The position numbers and the translations under genes are program-made. A stretch of 64,000 nt of DNA from an uncultured Gammaproteobacteria bacterium (GTDB taxonomy: Bacteria > Patescibacteriota > Microgenomatia > Levybacterales > UBA12049): positions 833,955 through 897,954 of the forward strand of contig OZ246394.1 of assembly GCA_965230895.1 (NCBI GenBank), written 5' to 3'. The notes beneath the pieces are model-generated. The model was not told the origin of the DNA. It searched no databases and was given only the letters and a program-made list of their open reading frames with translations. Of the stretch, positions 39,318-49,100 are shown piece by piece; the stretch's first letter is position 1; every line of letters begins with the position of its first letter.

Positions 39318-40427
39318 ATGAATAATCAAAACATGCCCAACAATTTCTTTGATTCGTTACCAGTATCAAGAAAGCAATTACGCATCTTCCTCTGCACCTT
39401 CCTTGCAATGTTTATAATGGTTTGCCTTCAGCATCTAGGTGTACATGCTCCAGCAAATCCCATAAAACTCGTCATGCCAATTCCCCAGGAAAAAGCTGTT
39501 GAAGAGACTGGTGCAATGAAAATGATTCGCCCACTTCTTGAATCAGTACCAAACACCTTTGTACTAAAGAATCCTACAAGTCCTTTCTTTTCCCCGGCGC
39601 ATGCTTCCTCAATTATGGATAGTGCTGCAGGATATGCAGTTATAGATCTTGATACAGGTGAGGTCATTGCTGCAAAGGAAGGAAATGCTCGATTGCCAAT
39701 AGCATCGATTACGAAAACAATGACAGCTATTGTGGCATTAGATCTTGCAGATCCTTCAGAGCTTTTTACAGTATCAGAACATGCAGCAAGTATTGAACCT
39801 ACAAAGATTGGTGTCATACCAGGAGAAAAGATGACATTAGATGAATTACTTCATGGATTGATGCTCGTATCAGGAAATGATGCAGCTGAAGTCATAAGAG
39901 AAGGCGTTGATGCAAAATATACTGAAAGGATCTTTATCAAAGCAATGAATGAGAAAGCAAAGTTCTTAGGGCTCAAGAATACTCATTTTGCCAATCCTCA
40001 AGGCTTTGATGATCCCCAGAATTATAGTTCTGTCGAAGACCTCGCGATATTAACACATTATGCTCTGAACTATTATCCAGAATTGGCTTCAATTGTCTCA
40101 AAGGATTATTATTTCCTTCCAGCAAATGCAAACCACAAACAATTTGATATGTATAACTGGAATGGTTTAATTGGCGTCTATCCAAATGCTCAAGGAGTCA
40201 AAATCGGAAATACCGATGATGCAGGAAAGACAACGATCGTCACAGCAACCCGAGGTGGTAAACGCATGGCTGCTATCGTTTTGGGTGCACCAAGAATTCT
40301 CGAACGAGATCTTTGGGCAGCACAACTCCTTGATCTTGGGTATCAACGAACACTCGGTTTAAAACCGGTACATGTTACAGAAGAACAACTTGGTAAGAAA
40401 TACAGTACGTGGAAGTATTGGAATTAA
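39318..40427 (+). CDS. D-alanyl-D-alanine carboxypeptidase (peptidase S11, PBP5-like)
   Basis: SITK (SxxK), SGN (LVSGNDAAE) and KIGNT (KTG-like) active-site motifs with a signal anchor. Confidence 0.85.
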   Translation: MNNQNMPNNFFDSLPVSRKQLRIFLCTFLAMFIMVCLQHLGVHAPANPIKLVMPIPQEKAVEETGAMKMIRPLLESVPNTFVLKNPTSPFFSPAHASSIMDSAAGYAVIDLDTGEVIAAKEGNARLPIASITKTMTAIVALDLADPSELFTVSEHAASIEPTKIGVIPGEKMTLDELLHGLMLVSGNDAAEVIREGVDAKYTERIFIKAMNEKAKFLGLKNTHFANPQGFDDPQNYSSVEDLAILTHYALNYYPELASIVSKDYYFLPANANHKQFDMYNWNGLIGVYPNAQGVKIGNTDDAGKTTIVTATRGGKRMAAIVLGAPRILERDLWAAQLLDLGYQRTLGLKPVHVTEEQLGKKYSTWKYWN

Positions 40428-40438
40428 TGGCTTTATCA

Positions 40439-40491
40439 GTTTCGGTTGGTAGTATCACCGTGGCTTTATTATCACCGCTACCAACCGAAAC
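40439..40491 (+). promoter_or_regulatory. 14-bp perfect-stem hairpin immediately after the carboxypeptidase gene
   Basis: GTTTCGGTTGGTAG-N25-CTACCAACCGAAAC; the loop contains TATCACCG twice. Confidence 0.4.
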
Positions 40492-40522
40492 ACGTCTCAT
40501 AATTTCAATGAAAGGAGGAAGT

Positions 40523-40606
40523 ATGCAGGAAATAATTAGAATCATAGTTGAAGCATTAACAGGGAAAAAACCGGCAGTACAACCTGTTTATGTTCCTAGT
40601 AAATAA
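40523..40606 (+). CDS. possible 27-aa small protein
   Basis: AAAGGAGGAAG SD 4 nt before the ATG; there is no other support. Confidence 0.2.
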   Translation: MQEIIRIIVEALTGKKPAVQPVYVPSK

Positions 40607-40712
40607 CTAGAAGCTCATCAATAATCTTACATATATCTTACGTAGTTGTTATTCTTTTCTTATTTGACTCTTGACAGTCTTTTAAAAATTACCGTATAGT
40701 AATAGATGTCCC

Positions 40713-40847
40713 ATGATGAAAGAACTTATAAATGCAATCGGAATCACTCCAACACAGGTAAGAATTTTCTTATTTACGTTCATTACTGTTTCAGTTGTTG
40801 TGACTTTACAGCACCTTGGAATTCGATCTCCTTTACACCTCTTTTAA
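40713..40847 (+). pseudogene. 44-codon ORF duplicating the N-terminal signal-anchor of the 39318 carboxypeptidase (gene remnant or small anchored peptide)
   Basis: TPTQVRIFLFTFITVSVVVTLQHLGIRSP aligns with SRKQLRIFLCTFLAMFIMVCLQHLGVHAP. Confidence 0.35.
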
Positions 40848-40888
40848 GCTTGACAAATAGTTCATAATTTAACATCATAAAGTACACC

Positions 40889-42109
40889 ATGTTTTTTTAC
40901 GCGGGTATTGCTCTGTCCATTTTCCTAGGTGCCCTCACTCTGTACATTATCAACAGGAGCTATTCTAACGGAATCAAAAAAGCCCAAGAAACAATTATAG
41001 AATCAATCAACAACGGTATTATCGGCGTTGATACAAACCGAAATATTATTATGGCAAATACAGCTTTTACAAAGCTTGTGAAGATGCCTAAAGAGAAGAT
41101 CCTTGGACAGCACGTTGATACAATAATGAAGCTTTACGGCGGACAAACACTTGTTCCATTTGAAATTTACAGCCAACCTTCTGAAGCAACATCTCGAAAT
41201 GGAGTTAAGTTACGAGACGCTGAAGGAGAAATCCCCCTCTCTTTGACAATCTCTCCATATGTTTTCGGTGATCAGAAAAAAGGCTTTCTTATTACAACGC
41301 ATAATCTATCGCAAGAGCATCAACTTGAGGAAATGAAAGTTGATTTCGTTTCAATGGCAGCACATGAACTTCGTACACCACTCACTGCGATTAGAGGATA
41401 TGCTTCCCTGCTTCAGATGCATTACTCTGCGCATTTAGAAGAAGCAGCAAAAGAATTATTGACTCGACTTATTGTCAGTACAACTAATTTAACCAATCTT
41501 ATTGACAATCTCCTCAGTGTCTCACGTATTGAACGAAATAATTTAACAATTGATACCAAACCAATCGAGTTAAATATAATTGTGAATGATATCTTTGAGA
41601 GTTTCCGCCAACAAGCACAAACGCGTAAGCAAACCTTTACCCTTTCAATGCCTGAACATCTACCACCCGTTATGGCTGATCCTTTCAGGATTGGACAAGT
41701 ATTTATTAACCTCATAGGCAACGCAATTACGTATACTCAAGAAGGAGGAGCCATTTCTGTCACAGTCTTAGTTCGAGATAGATACCTCGAAGTTGCGATA
41801 CAAGATAATGGTGAAGGCATCCCAGCAGAAGCTTTGCCTCGATTATTTACTAAATTCTTCCGTGTTTCAGGATCGCTTGAGCAAGGTTCAAAAGGTACTG
41901 GACTTGGTCTCTATATTACAAAATCAATTATTGAGATGCATAAAGGTAAGATTTGGGCGGAAAGTACTATTAATAAGGGATCCATATTTACATTTACATT
42001 ACCTATTGCAACACAAGACGAAATTACAAAGCAAAAAGAGCATCCTATGAACGATTTCTTGACAGTCAAAAATGGACAAGGTATCATAGTTAAGAAAACA
42101 GAATCATGA
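40889..42109 (+). CDS. membrane sensor histidine kinase (TM, PAS, HisKA and HATPase_c)
   Basis: AAHELRTPLTAIRGYASLL H-box and GNAITYT, DNGEGI, GTGLGL ATPase boxes. N-terminal TM and PAS-like region. Confidence 0.85.
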   Translation: MFFYAGIALSIFLGALTLYIINRSYSNGIKKAQETIIESINNGIIGVDTNRNIIMANTAFTKLVKMPKEKILGQHVDTIMKLYGGQTLVPFEIYSQPSEATSRNGVKLRDAEGEIPLSLTISPYVFGDQKKGFLITTHNLSQEHQLEEMKVDFVSMAAHELRTPLTAIRGYASLLQMHYSAHLEEAAKELLTRLIVSTTNLTNLIDNLLSVSRIERNNLTIDTKPIELNIIVNDIFESFRQQAQTRKQTFTLSMPEHLPPVMADPFRIGQVFINLIGNAITYTQEGGAISVTVLVRDRYLEVAIQDNGEGIPAEALPRLFTKFFRVSGSLEQGSKGTGLGLYITKSIIEMHKGKIWAESTINKGSIFTFTLPIATQDEITKQKEHPMNDFLTVKNGQGIIVKKTES

Positions 42110-42510
42110 GAAAAGTACTCATCGCAGAAGACGATTTCTTTATCCGGGATATATACAGTAAAGTTTTTACTTTATCTGGATATGAAGTTGCTGTCGCTGT
42201 TGATGGAATGGATGCCCTCGAAAAAATTAAAGCACAACAATATGACATGGTCCTTCTTGATATCATGATGCCCCGAATGACAGGTATTGATGTTCTTAAA
42301 AATATTAGAACTATGGAAACTCCTGCAAAGAACACTCCAGTTTTTATTATTACAAACCTTGGACAACAAAATGTTATTGAAGAAGCGTTCAAGCTTGGCA
42401 TGGATGGATATATATTGAAGTCACAGGTTACACCACAACAGATAGTTGATGAAATAAATAATTTCTTTCTTACGAAGGAATCTATGCCTCAAGGAGAAAC
42501 TAATCAGTAG
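42106..42510 (+). CDS. single-domain response regulator (receiver), translationally coupled to the kinase
   Basis: ATGA start/stop overlap and the LIAEDD…MVLLDIMMP receiver signature. Confidence 0.8.
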   Translation: MRKVLIAEDDFFIRDIYSKVFTLSGYEVAVAVDGMDALEKIKAQQYDMVLLDIMMPRMTGIDVLKNIRTMETPAKNTPVFIITNLGQQNVIEEAFKLGMDGYILKSQVTPQQIVDEINNFFLTKESMPQGETNQ

Positions 42511-42898
42511 TTTTCAAAATCTTTATAATAAGCTCCCGTTCTCGTGGCCCATCAAGCTCTACAATGATCAGTCTTTGCCATACACCAACATCAAGGCGGC
42601 CTTCATTAATTGGTAGCACGACTGAAGTTCCTATCATACTTGTAAGTATATGATCAACCACATGCGCAGGGTTATGAGGATGACGATATTGGAGCTTGGG
42701 CATTATTGCTTCAAATGCATCGAGCATATCAAGATCTGTTCCAGGATCAAGATCTGCGGTCGTTAGTGCTGCAGTTGTATGTTTAATTGTAATGACACAA
42801 ACACCTTGCTCAATTTCTCGCTTTGCAAGATGCGCATCAACTATATCCGTAATATCGACAATTGCTTTCTTTCTGGGAGTTTTTATATGCAGCTGCAT
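42500..42898 (-). CDS. yjbQ: YjbQ/UPF0047 family (secondary thiamine-phosphate synthase-like)
   Basis: Full-length match to the YjbQ pattern (…ITDIV…GVCVI…HTTAALTTADLDP…NPAHVVDHILTSMIG…). Confidence 0.75.
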   Translation of the reverse strand: MQLHIKTPRKKAIVDITDIVDAHLAKREIEQGVCVITIKHTTAALTTADLDPGTDLDMLDAFEAIMPKLQYRHPHNPAHVVDHILTSMIGTSVVLPINEGRLDVGVWQRLIIVELDGPRERELIIKILKTTD

Positions 42899-43006
42899 AA
42901 GGTCATTATATCAGCTATTACCAAACGCTCTCCATAGCAGGATATTGACAAGAAAGCTTCACAAAGCATATTATTAATATAGAACCTTTTTTAAGATTCT
43001 ATAATA

Positions 43007-43588
43007 GTGAAAGCATTTATCTCATCACCTAAATTTATTATGATAACGGTCGCCGTATTGGCGCTTATTGTCATCCCTCTCACAATCATTCAATCTCAAT
43101 CGCAACAAAATACACAACAGCAAGCGGATGAAGTTTCATGGGATACAGACCAGTCTGCCTCAACGACATGTCCTGATGACGGAAGTGGAGTTATTATTTC
43201 TGCAACATTTTCCAATACAGAACCGAAAAGAACCTCAACTGATATGGATGTTGTCGTGAAAGACCAACAAACAGGTAAATCAGTTGATATGGGTATGGTC
43301 CGAGGAGGAGAAACTAAAACAGTAGAAATCCATACAGAGAAATCTACGCTCAAGGCTGGATCTGTAACATTTACTCTTAAATGGAGTGATGGACATAGTG
43401 GTGTTGATAGTAGAACCGCAAGCTATAAAGCAGTTAGTGATTGTATTAAACCAACTGCAACGCCAACACCTTCACCAACAGTTACACCAACTCCTGTTCC
43501 TTCAGGTGAACCAACTCCTACTCCAACTGTTTGCCCAACATTGGGACCTGTAAAGAACGTCACCATCGAGTGCCCGAATTGTCCATAA
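43007..43588 (+). CDS. anchored surface protein: a novel ~110-aa Cys-pair domain followed by a TPTPSP linker
   Basis: N-terminal TM. The domain SWDTDQSASTTCPDDGSG…TASYKAVSDC is paralogous to the N-domain of the next gene. Confidence 0.5.
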   Translation: MKAFISSPKFIMITVAVLALIVIPLTIIQSQSQQNTQQQADEVSWDTDQSASTTCPDDGSGVIISATFSNTEPKRTSTDMDVVVKDQQTGKSVDMGMVRGGETKTVEIHTEKSTLKAGSVTFTLKWSDGHSGVDSRTASYKAVSDCIKPTATPTPSPTVTPTPVPSGEPTPTPTVCPTLGPVKNVTIECPNCP

Positions 43589-43594
43589 TAATGC

Positions 43595-45022
43595 GTGAAT
43601 ACACTAGAGTCTAAACCATCACAAAAAGTACCATTTTTAATCCTTCTCGGAGTTGTTCTCCTTGGAATCCCGCTAACAGTGTTCGCACTGCAGCAAACGC
43701 AAATTTTTCAACAATTTGCTTGGGGTACAGAACAATCTGCGGAGGCTATTTGTTCTACTGAAAATGGCGGTGCAGTTGTAAAAGTAAGCTTCACAAACAC
43801 TGAGCGATCCAAAGCAATGGACGTTGTCGTGACAGATATCCAATCAGGGAAAACAGTTGATTTAGGGACAGTTAATGCCAAAGAGACGAAAGAAGGAGAA
43901 ATCATCACCGAATCGCAAACGCTCGAAGATGGTGGAGTTAAATTTGATTTAACATGGACTGATGGTACATCAGGGAAAGATAGTCGTACAGCAACATATA
44001 AAGGCGTTTCAGAATGCGCACCTCCTCCTCCATTCTGTCCAGCAAACCCAGACATAAATCGTGGCACATGTAAATGGGATGCTCTTGAAGGAGCTGAGGG
44101 CTACGATGTCGTTGTAACAGACAAAGAAACTGGTGAACCAGTCAAAAATGAAAGTGTTGGCAAAGACACTACTGAAACAACATTTGTTATGACTCCTGGA
44201 AAGGCTTATACATGCAAAGTAACACCAGTAAATGCTTGTGGCAAAGGTGTAGATACGGAAAGTCCAGAGAAGATTTGTACAGTTCCGACACCAACTCCTA
44301 CAGTTTCACCAACGCCACCAGTTTGTCCTGAGCCTCCATTAAAGAATGGTGTCTGTAAATGGGATGCGCTTGAAGGAGCTACAGAGTATAAGATTACTAT
44401 CCGAGATGCTGACAAAGATGAAATTATCAAAACTGGTACAGTAAAAGCACCAGATACATCATTCCAATATCCTGCTAATCCAACAACAAAGTATCAATGT
44501 ATAGTCACCGCTGTGAACAAATGTAGTGAAGCACCACCAGTGGAAAGTCCACCAATATCATGTGTCCAACCATCACCAACACCTACATTGCCTGGTCCGA
44601 CGCCAACTCCTACAACGCCGTCGCCAACTCCGACACCTACAGTTGTGCCGCCAACGGCTACACCAATACCACCGACGCCAACACCTACGGTGCCAGCGCC
44701 AACTCCAACACCTATTGTTATAGTCCGTGTACCAACGTATATTACGCAACCACCGGTCCAACAGCCACCTGTACAACAACCGCCGGTTCAACAACAACAG
44801 CCACCTGTTGTGGTACAGCAACCACCTGTTGTCGTACGACAGCCAGGCCAGGTCATTCAGCAACCAGGACAGACTGTGGTAATTCAACCTACCCTTGCAC
44901 CTGGACAACCATCACCAGTACCAACAATGAAGCCAACAGGAAGTGTATCTAATTCAGTTATGCTTGTTAGTGCAAGTGTTGTTCTTTTGATCGCTGGAAC
45001 GCTTGTATTCTTTATTCTCTAA
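43595..45022 (+). CDS. large anchored surface protein: paralogous N-domain, two ~90-aa Cys-containing Ig/FN3-like modules, a Pro/Thr/Gln-rich low-complexity stalk and a C-terminal TM
   Basis: Modules GTCKWDALEGAEGYDVVVTD… and GVCKWDALEGATEYKITIRD…. PTPTP and PPVQQ repeats. Terminal hydrophobic helix VMLVSASVVLLIAGTLVFFIL. Confidence 0.55.
   Translation: MNTLESKPSQKVPFLILLGVVLLGIPLTVFALQQTQIFQQFAWGTEQSAEAICSTENGGAVVKVSFTNTERSKAMDVVVTDIQSGKTVDLGTVNAKETKEGEIITESQTLEDGGVKFDLTWTDGTSGKDSRTATYKGVSECAPPPPFCPANPDINRGTCKWDALEGAEGYDVVVTDKETGEPVKNESVGKDTTETTFVMTPGKAYTCKVTPVNACGKGVDTESPEKICTVPTPTPTVSPTPPVCPEPPLKNGVCKWDALEGATEYKITIRDADKDEIIKTGTVKAPDTSFQYPANPTTKYQCIVTAVNKCSEAPPVESPPISCVQPSPTPTLPGPTPTPTTPSPTPTPTVVPPTATPIPPTPTPTVPAPTPTPIVIVRVPTYITQPPVQQPPVQQPPVQQQQPPVVVQQPPVVVRQPGQVIQQPGQTVVIQPTLAPGQPSPVPTMKPTGSVSNSVMLVSASVVLLIAGTLVFFIL
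44560..44900 (+). repeat. low-complexity coding repeats (ACNCCN PT-rich and three 15-nt CCACCGGTCCAACAG-like units)
   Basis: Visible direct repeats; they generate spurious ORFs in the other frames. Confidence 0.6.
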
Positions 45023-45037
45023 ACGTATACTACAACC

Positions 45038-46195
45038 ATGATTAACCGGTTGGAGCCTGTAAACTTTCTCCTTGTTAGCATTATTCCCCATGATATAAGC
45101 GACGAAGAAACCTTTAAAGACTTGAAAGAGCTAAAAGCGCTCGTTGAAGCTCATGGAGGAAAAGTTGTTGAATTCGTAATACAGCGCCGAGAAGTACATG
45201 ATAAAGGATTATACATAGGCAAAGGGAAAATATTTGAAATAGCTGATCTCATCAAAGAGCATAATGTTGATGCAGTAGTGCTGAATGCTGTTGTAAAACC
45301 TGGCCACATATTTGAAATTAAAAATATGCTGCATCAAGCTAAGCAAGGTATTGAAGTCTGGGATAGGGTCGATTTAATTCTGCAAATTTTCTCGAGACAC
45401 GCAAGTACAGCAGAGGCAAAACTACAAATAGAGCTCGCTGCAATGCGACATATGGGACCAAGGATTTATGGCATGGGTAAAGTAATGTCACGACAAGGAG
45501 GAGGAATAGGAACGCTGGGTGTAGGAGAAACCAATACTGAACTTATGAAACGACATTGGCGCACTCAGATGAAGAAAGTTCAAGATAAACTAAAAAAACT
45601 CTCGATAGATCGTGAGAGACAACTGACGAGAAGAGAAAAAAATGGATTAAAAACTGTTTCAATTGTTGGATATACAAATGCTGGAAAATCTTCTCTTTTT
45701 AACTTTGTCACTGGCAAGAAGAAGAATGTAGAAAACGCTCTCTTTGTCACTCTTGATAGTAGCGTCGGAAAGATTAAACTTCCAAAATCAAAAGAGATGA
45801 TCCTTCTCTCAGACACAATCGGCTTTATACGTAATCTCCCAACAGAACTTATTGACGCTCTCCGTTCTACGCTTATGGAATCGATGCACGCAGATCTTCT
45901 TATCCACGTGATTGACGCTTCTGATGATGATATAGAACGGAAAGTACAAGCTGTCGAAGATGTTTTATCAAGCTTGGATATTCAACAAAAAAAGCGTATC
46001 TATGTATTCAATAAGATCGACCAGATAGACAGAACTTCTTTAAATCTATTTAAAGAACAGTTTAATGATTTTCATCCACAGTTCATTTCTGTAAAGCAGG
46101 AGACTGGTATTGAAAAATTACTTGAAGCAGTGGATGACGTAATAAATAATAATGACACCCATATTCTTCGAAAGAAAAAGCGCATTCATGTATAA
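45038..46195 (+). CDS. hflX: GTPase HflX
   Basis: HflX N-domain followed by G1 GYTNAGKSSLFN, G3 DTIGF and G4 NKID motifs. Confidence 0.85.
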   Translation: MINRLEPVNFLLVSIIPHDISDEETFKDLKELKALVEAHGGKVVEFVIQRREVHDKGLYIGKGKIFEIADLIKEHNVDAVVLNAVVKPGHIFEIKNMLHQAKQGIEVWDRVDLILQIFSRHASTAEAKLQIELAAMRHMGPRIYGMGKVMSRQGGGIGTLGVGETNTELMKRHWRTQMKKVQDKLKKLSIDRERQLTRREKNGLKTVSIVGYTNAGKSSLFNFVTGKKKNVENALFVTLDSSVGKIKLPKSKEMILLSDTIGFIRNLPTELIDALRSTLMESMHADLLIHVIDASDDDIERKVQAVEDVLSSLDIQQKKRIYVFNKIDQIDRTSLNLFKEQFNDFHPQFISVKQETGIEKLLEAVDDVINNNDTHILRKKKRIHV

Positions 46196-46197
46196 CG

Positions 46198-47724
46198 TTA
46201 TACTTTTCCTTTTTTAATTCGTTCTATTGTGAAGAATGATATGATCGCACTGAGAAAAGCAAGCGCAGCCCCAATACCGATAACTATTCTAAACGAATAG
46301 AGAAAAGCTTCATCTATCCGTTGCTTTGCTTCAGAAGAAGTATGGCTATCAAAATTTTCTGGTATTTGAATCCCACCTAATTTATTTTTTTGTGAAATAA
46401 TTTGTTCTTGTTGTGATTGAGATAGATTAGACTTCTGCACCGAATCAATAAGATGAGAAGAAAAAGTCATAGACATAATTGCACCTAATAATGCGATGGC
46501 AAGCAACGCGGCAACTCGAGATACAGCATTGTTAACACCTGAAGCAGCACCAGAATAACGTTTATCAACAGCTAATGCTGACTTCGTAAGAGGAGCAATT
46601 ACGAGAGACATACCAAGTCCAAATAAAATTAGTCCAGGCAAAAATGCTACAAAATAATTTGCATTCATTCCTGGCAAAATCATCGAAACCATACCAACAC
46701 CTACAATAATTGGTCCGAGAATCATTGGAATTCGTGGACCAATTTTGTCACTTAGTGAACCAGCTGGACCTGAAAGAAATGTGATTAGGAGAATTGATGG
46801 TAGCATTCCTAACCCTGCAATAATTGGCGAATAGTGCTGTAATTGTTGGAAATTAAGGATCAGAAAAAAGATAATTCCATTGAGAGCAAAATAGAGAAAA
46901 AGAGTAACGAGATTAGCGCCAGTAACTAATTTTGATTGAAAGATCTTCAATGGAAAAATAGGTTCTTCAATCCTTTTCTCCATAAATGCAAACGTACAAA
47001 TTGAAGCAACTCCAAAGATAAGACTTCCTATAACCCATGTATTATAAAGTCCTTGGACAGGAGCTTCGATCAATGCATACGAAATGCCAAGTAGTCCCAC
47101 TAATAGCAAAACTGTCCCAAGAATATCAAGTCGTTGTGAAGCATCATTGCGTGTTTCGGGAACATACTTCAATGTTAAAAATATTGCGAGTAAGCCAATA
47201 GGGATGTTTATATAAAAGATTGATTGCCAACCCAAGACTTCAACCAACCATCCTCCAAGAAATGGTCCAAGTGCTGCAACTCCCCCCGCAAAGCCGGACC
47301 ATAATCCAATTGCTTTTCCCTGCTCTTTATCTTCAAATGCAGTACTTATAATACTGAGACTTCCAGGTATCATCATCGCAGCGCCAATTCCTTGAAACGT
47401 CCGAAACGCAATTAATTGCTCTATTGTTTGCGAGATGCCGCAAAGAAAAGAAGCAAGGATAAACAACCCAATTCCATAAAGAAAAACTTTTTTTCGTCCA
47501 AAGCGATCTCCGAATGAACCACTAATCAATATTAATGATGCTAATATTAATGCATAACTGTTAACGATCCATTGCATGTTATCAAGGGTTGCATTGAGGG
47601 AAGTTTGGATAACGGGGATAGCGATATTGACAACAGTTCCATCAAGAAATGCCATACCACTTGCTAGGATAGTACCAGCGAGAACCATTTTGCCTGCAAA
47701 ATTGCTTACAGTATATTTGCTCAT
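46198..47724 (-). CDS. MFS transporter, DHA2 (EmrB/QacA) 14-TM family
   Basis: 14 predicted TM helices and MFS motifs (GRKKVFLYG, LQGIGAAMM). The start is taken at MSKYTV. Confidence 0.8.
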   Translation of the reverse strand: MSKYTVSNFAGKMVLAGTILASGMAFLDGTVVNIAIPVIQTSLNATLDNMQWIVNSYALILASLILISGSFGDRFGRKKVFLYGIGLFILASFLCGISQTIEQLIAFRTFQGIGAAMMIPGSLSIISTAFEDKEQGKAIGLWSGFAGGVAALGPFLGGWLVEVLGWQSIFYINIPIGLLAIFLTLKYVPETRNDASQRLDILGTVLLLVGLLGISYALIEAPVQGLYNTWVIGSLIFGVASICTFAFMEKRIEEPIFPLKIFQSKLVTGANLVTLFLYFALNGIIFFLILNFQQLQHYSPIIAGLGMLPSILLITFLSGPAGSLSDKIGPRIPMILGPIIVGVGMVSMILPGMNANYFVAFLPGLILFGLGMSLVIAPLTKSALAVDKRYSGAASGVNNAVSRVAALLAIALLGAIMSMTFSSHLIDSVQKSNLSQSQQEQIISQKNKLGGIQIPENFDSHTSSEAKQRIDEAFLYSFRIVIGIGAALAFLSAIISFFTIERIKKGKV

Positions 47725-47769
47725 CTTTCCAGAGTATAGCAAAAGTAAAAATACATGTATAATACTTTT

Positions 47770-48144
47770 ATGGAAATTTTGTATACCATTCAAGGAATCA
47801 TCAAAAAAGGTGCTGGAAAAGGTCGTGAATTTGGTTATCCAACTGCAAATGTAAGCTTACAAGATCATGTCCCTCCTGGTGTTTATATATCGCAAGTTAT
47901 TTTAGAAGAGAAAGTATATAACGCAATAACATTTATAGGAAGTGCAGTAACATTTGGGGATCCTGAATATAAATCAGAGACAACTCTTCTTGATTTCGAT
48001 CAGGATATTTATGGAAAAGAAATAACAGTAAACTTACTCAAGAAAGTACGAGATAATGCAAAATTTGAAAGTGAGGAAGCATTAATTAAACAAATGGATA
48101 AAGATATGTTAACTACGAGAAGCTTTTTCGATGATATCCGCTGA
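47770..48144 (+). CDS. ribK: monofunctional riboflavin kinase
   Basis: GIIKKGAGKGREFGYPTANVSL and …LLDFDQDIYGKEITVNLLKKVRDNAKFES flavokinase signatures. The start is taken at MEILYT. Confidence 0.75.
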   Translation: MEILYTIQGIIKKGAGKGREFGYPTANVSLQDHVPPGVYISQVILEEKVYNAITFIGSAVTFGDPEYKSETTLLDFDQDIYGKEITVNLLKKVRDNAKFESEEALIKQMDKDMLTTRSFFDDIR

Positions 48145-49050
48145 TTTCTTTTGTAACGGTTTCGTAACTTGATAGATAGCAACCAGTAACAATGCTACAC
48201 CAAAAATCTGTGTCCAACTTAACACTTTTCCAAACACGAAGTAATCAATCAGAATTGCCGATGCAGGCCAGACAAGTTCGCACAATGTCGTAATTCTTGC
48301 AGGTGTTTTCTTCAATCCATAATAGTAAAAACCTAAAGCAAGCATACCAGTAGAGAATGTAATAATGAGTAGTGTCTGTAGTTGAGAGAATGTAATCGCG
48401 GTAAGCGCTGTTCCTTGGTTGCTTGCAAGAATAATAAGGAGTGCAAAAACAGGAGCAAGAAGAAAACGTAATGCTGTCGCCGCAAGGAACGAAACTTTAT
48501 TGAGAACAAACTTACTGATTGCCGTTGATGACCCCCAAAGAACTCCAGCAAGTAATGCAAGGAGTCCCGCCATTGCTGTTTCACTTCCAGTATTGAGATT
48601 TACTGTCAGGTCTTTAAACGAGATAAAGTATGCAGCAACCAATGCAACAATTGCCCACAAAATAAACTTTTTGCTAACTTTTTCTCGTAATAATATTGCT
48701 GCTGTCAGAATTGCCCAAATTGGTTGGAGCTGTTGTTGTAATAATACTACAACTGAGTATTGTGAATACTGAATCTTACCCAATGCTGCGGTATAAAGCA
48801 TTGTCCCCAAAGCACCTGAGAATAAAGCAACTGCGAGAATCGCAATCCATTCTTTCCTTGTAAGCTTTTTTAATTCTTTAAACCAATATCTGGAAAGGAA
48901 AAGAAGCACGACAGCACCTATAATATGTTCATAAAATACGATGACTGCAGGAGGAAGCGAGTATAGATTTATCCGTAGGAGTCCATCAAAACTCCACAAT
49001 AAAGCTGCAATAATAACAAACAGCGGACCAAAGGCTGCAATTTTTTTCAT
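48109..49050 (-). CDS. EamA/DMT superfamily transporter, predicted riboflavin importer (RibN/ImpX-like) because of the upstream FMN riboswitch
   Basis: 10 TM helices in two EamA repeats, with an RFN-like element in the 5' UTR. Confidence 0.6.
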   Translation of the reverse strand: MKKIAAFGPLFVIIAALLWSFDGLLRINLYSLPPAVIVFYEHIIGAVVLLFLSRYWFKELKKLTRKEWIAILAVALFSGALGTMLYTAALGKIQYSQYSVVVLLQQQLQPIWAILTAAILLREKVSKKFILWAIVALVAAYFISFKDLTVNLNTGSETAMAGLLALLAGVLWGSSTAISKFVLNKVSFLAATALRFLLAPVFALLIILASNQGTALTAITFSQLQTLLIITFSTGMLALGFYYYGLKKTPARITTLCELVWPASAILIDYFVFGKVLSWTQIFGVALLLVAIYQVTKPLQKKSADIIEKASRS

Positions 49051-49100
49051 ATAATCTTCCTTTCTTTCTGATCAAAGATCAGAATAGCAAAATAAATTTG

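Noticed and set aside
40409-40522. Upstream part of the 65-aa ORF 40409..40606
   Set aside because: This stretch is the long hairpin after dacA. Only the last 27 codons follow a ribosome-binding site.
44526-44952. Several 65-130-aa ORFs on both strands rich in Cys/Arg/Trp/His (for example CPTITNTYIAW…, MSRCKGRLNYH…)
   Set aside because: They lie inside the Pro/Thr/Gln low-complexity repeat of the 43595..45022 gene. They are frame artefacts of ACNCCN repeats, not genes.
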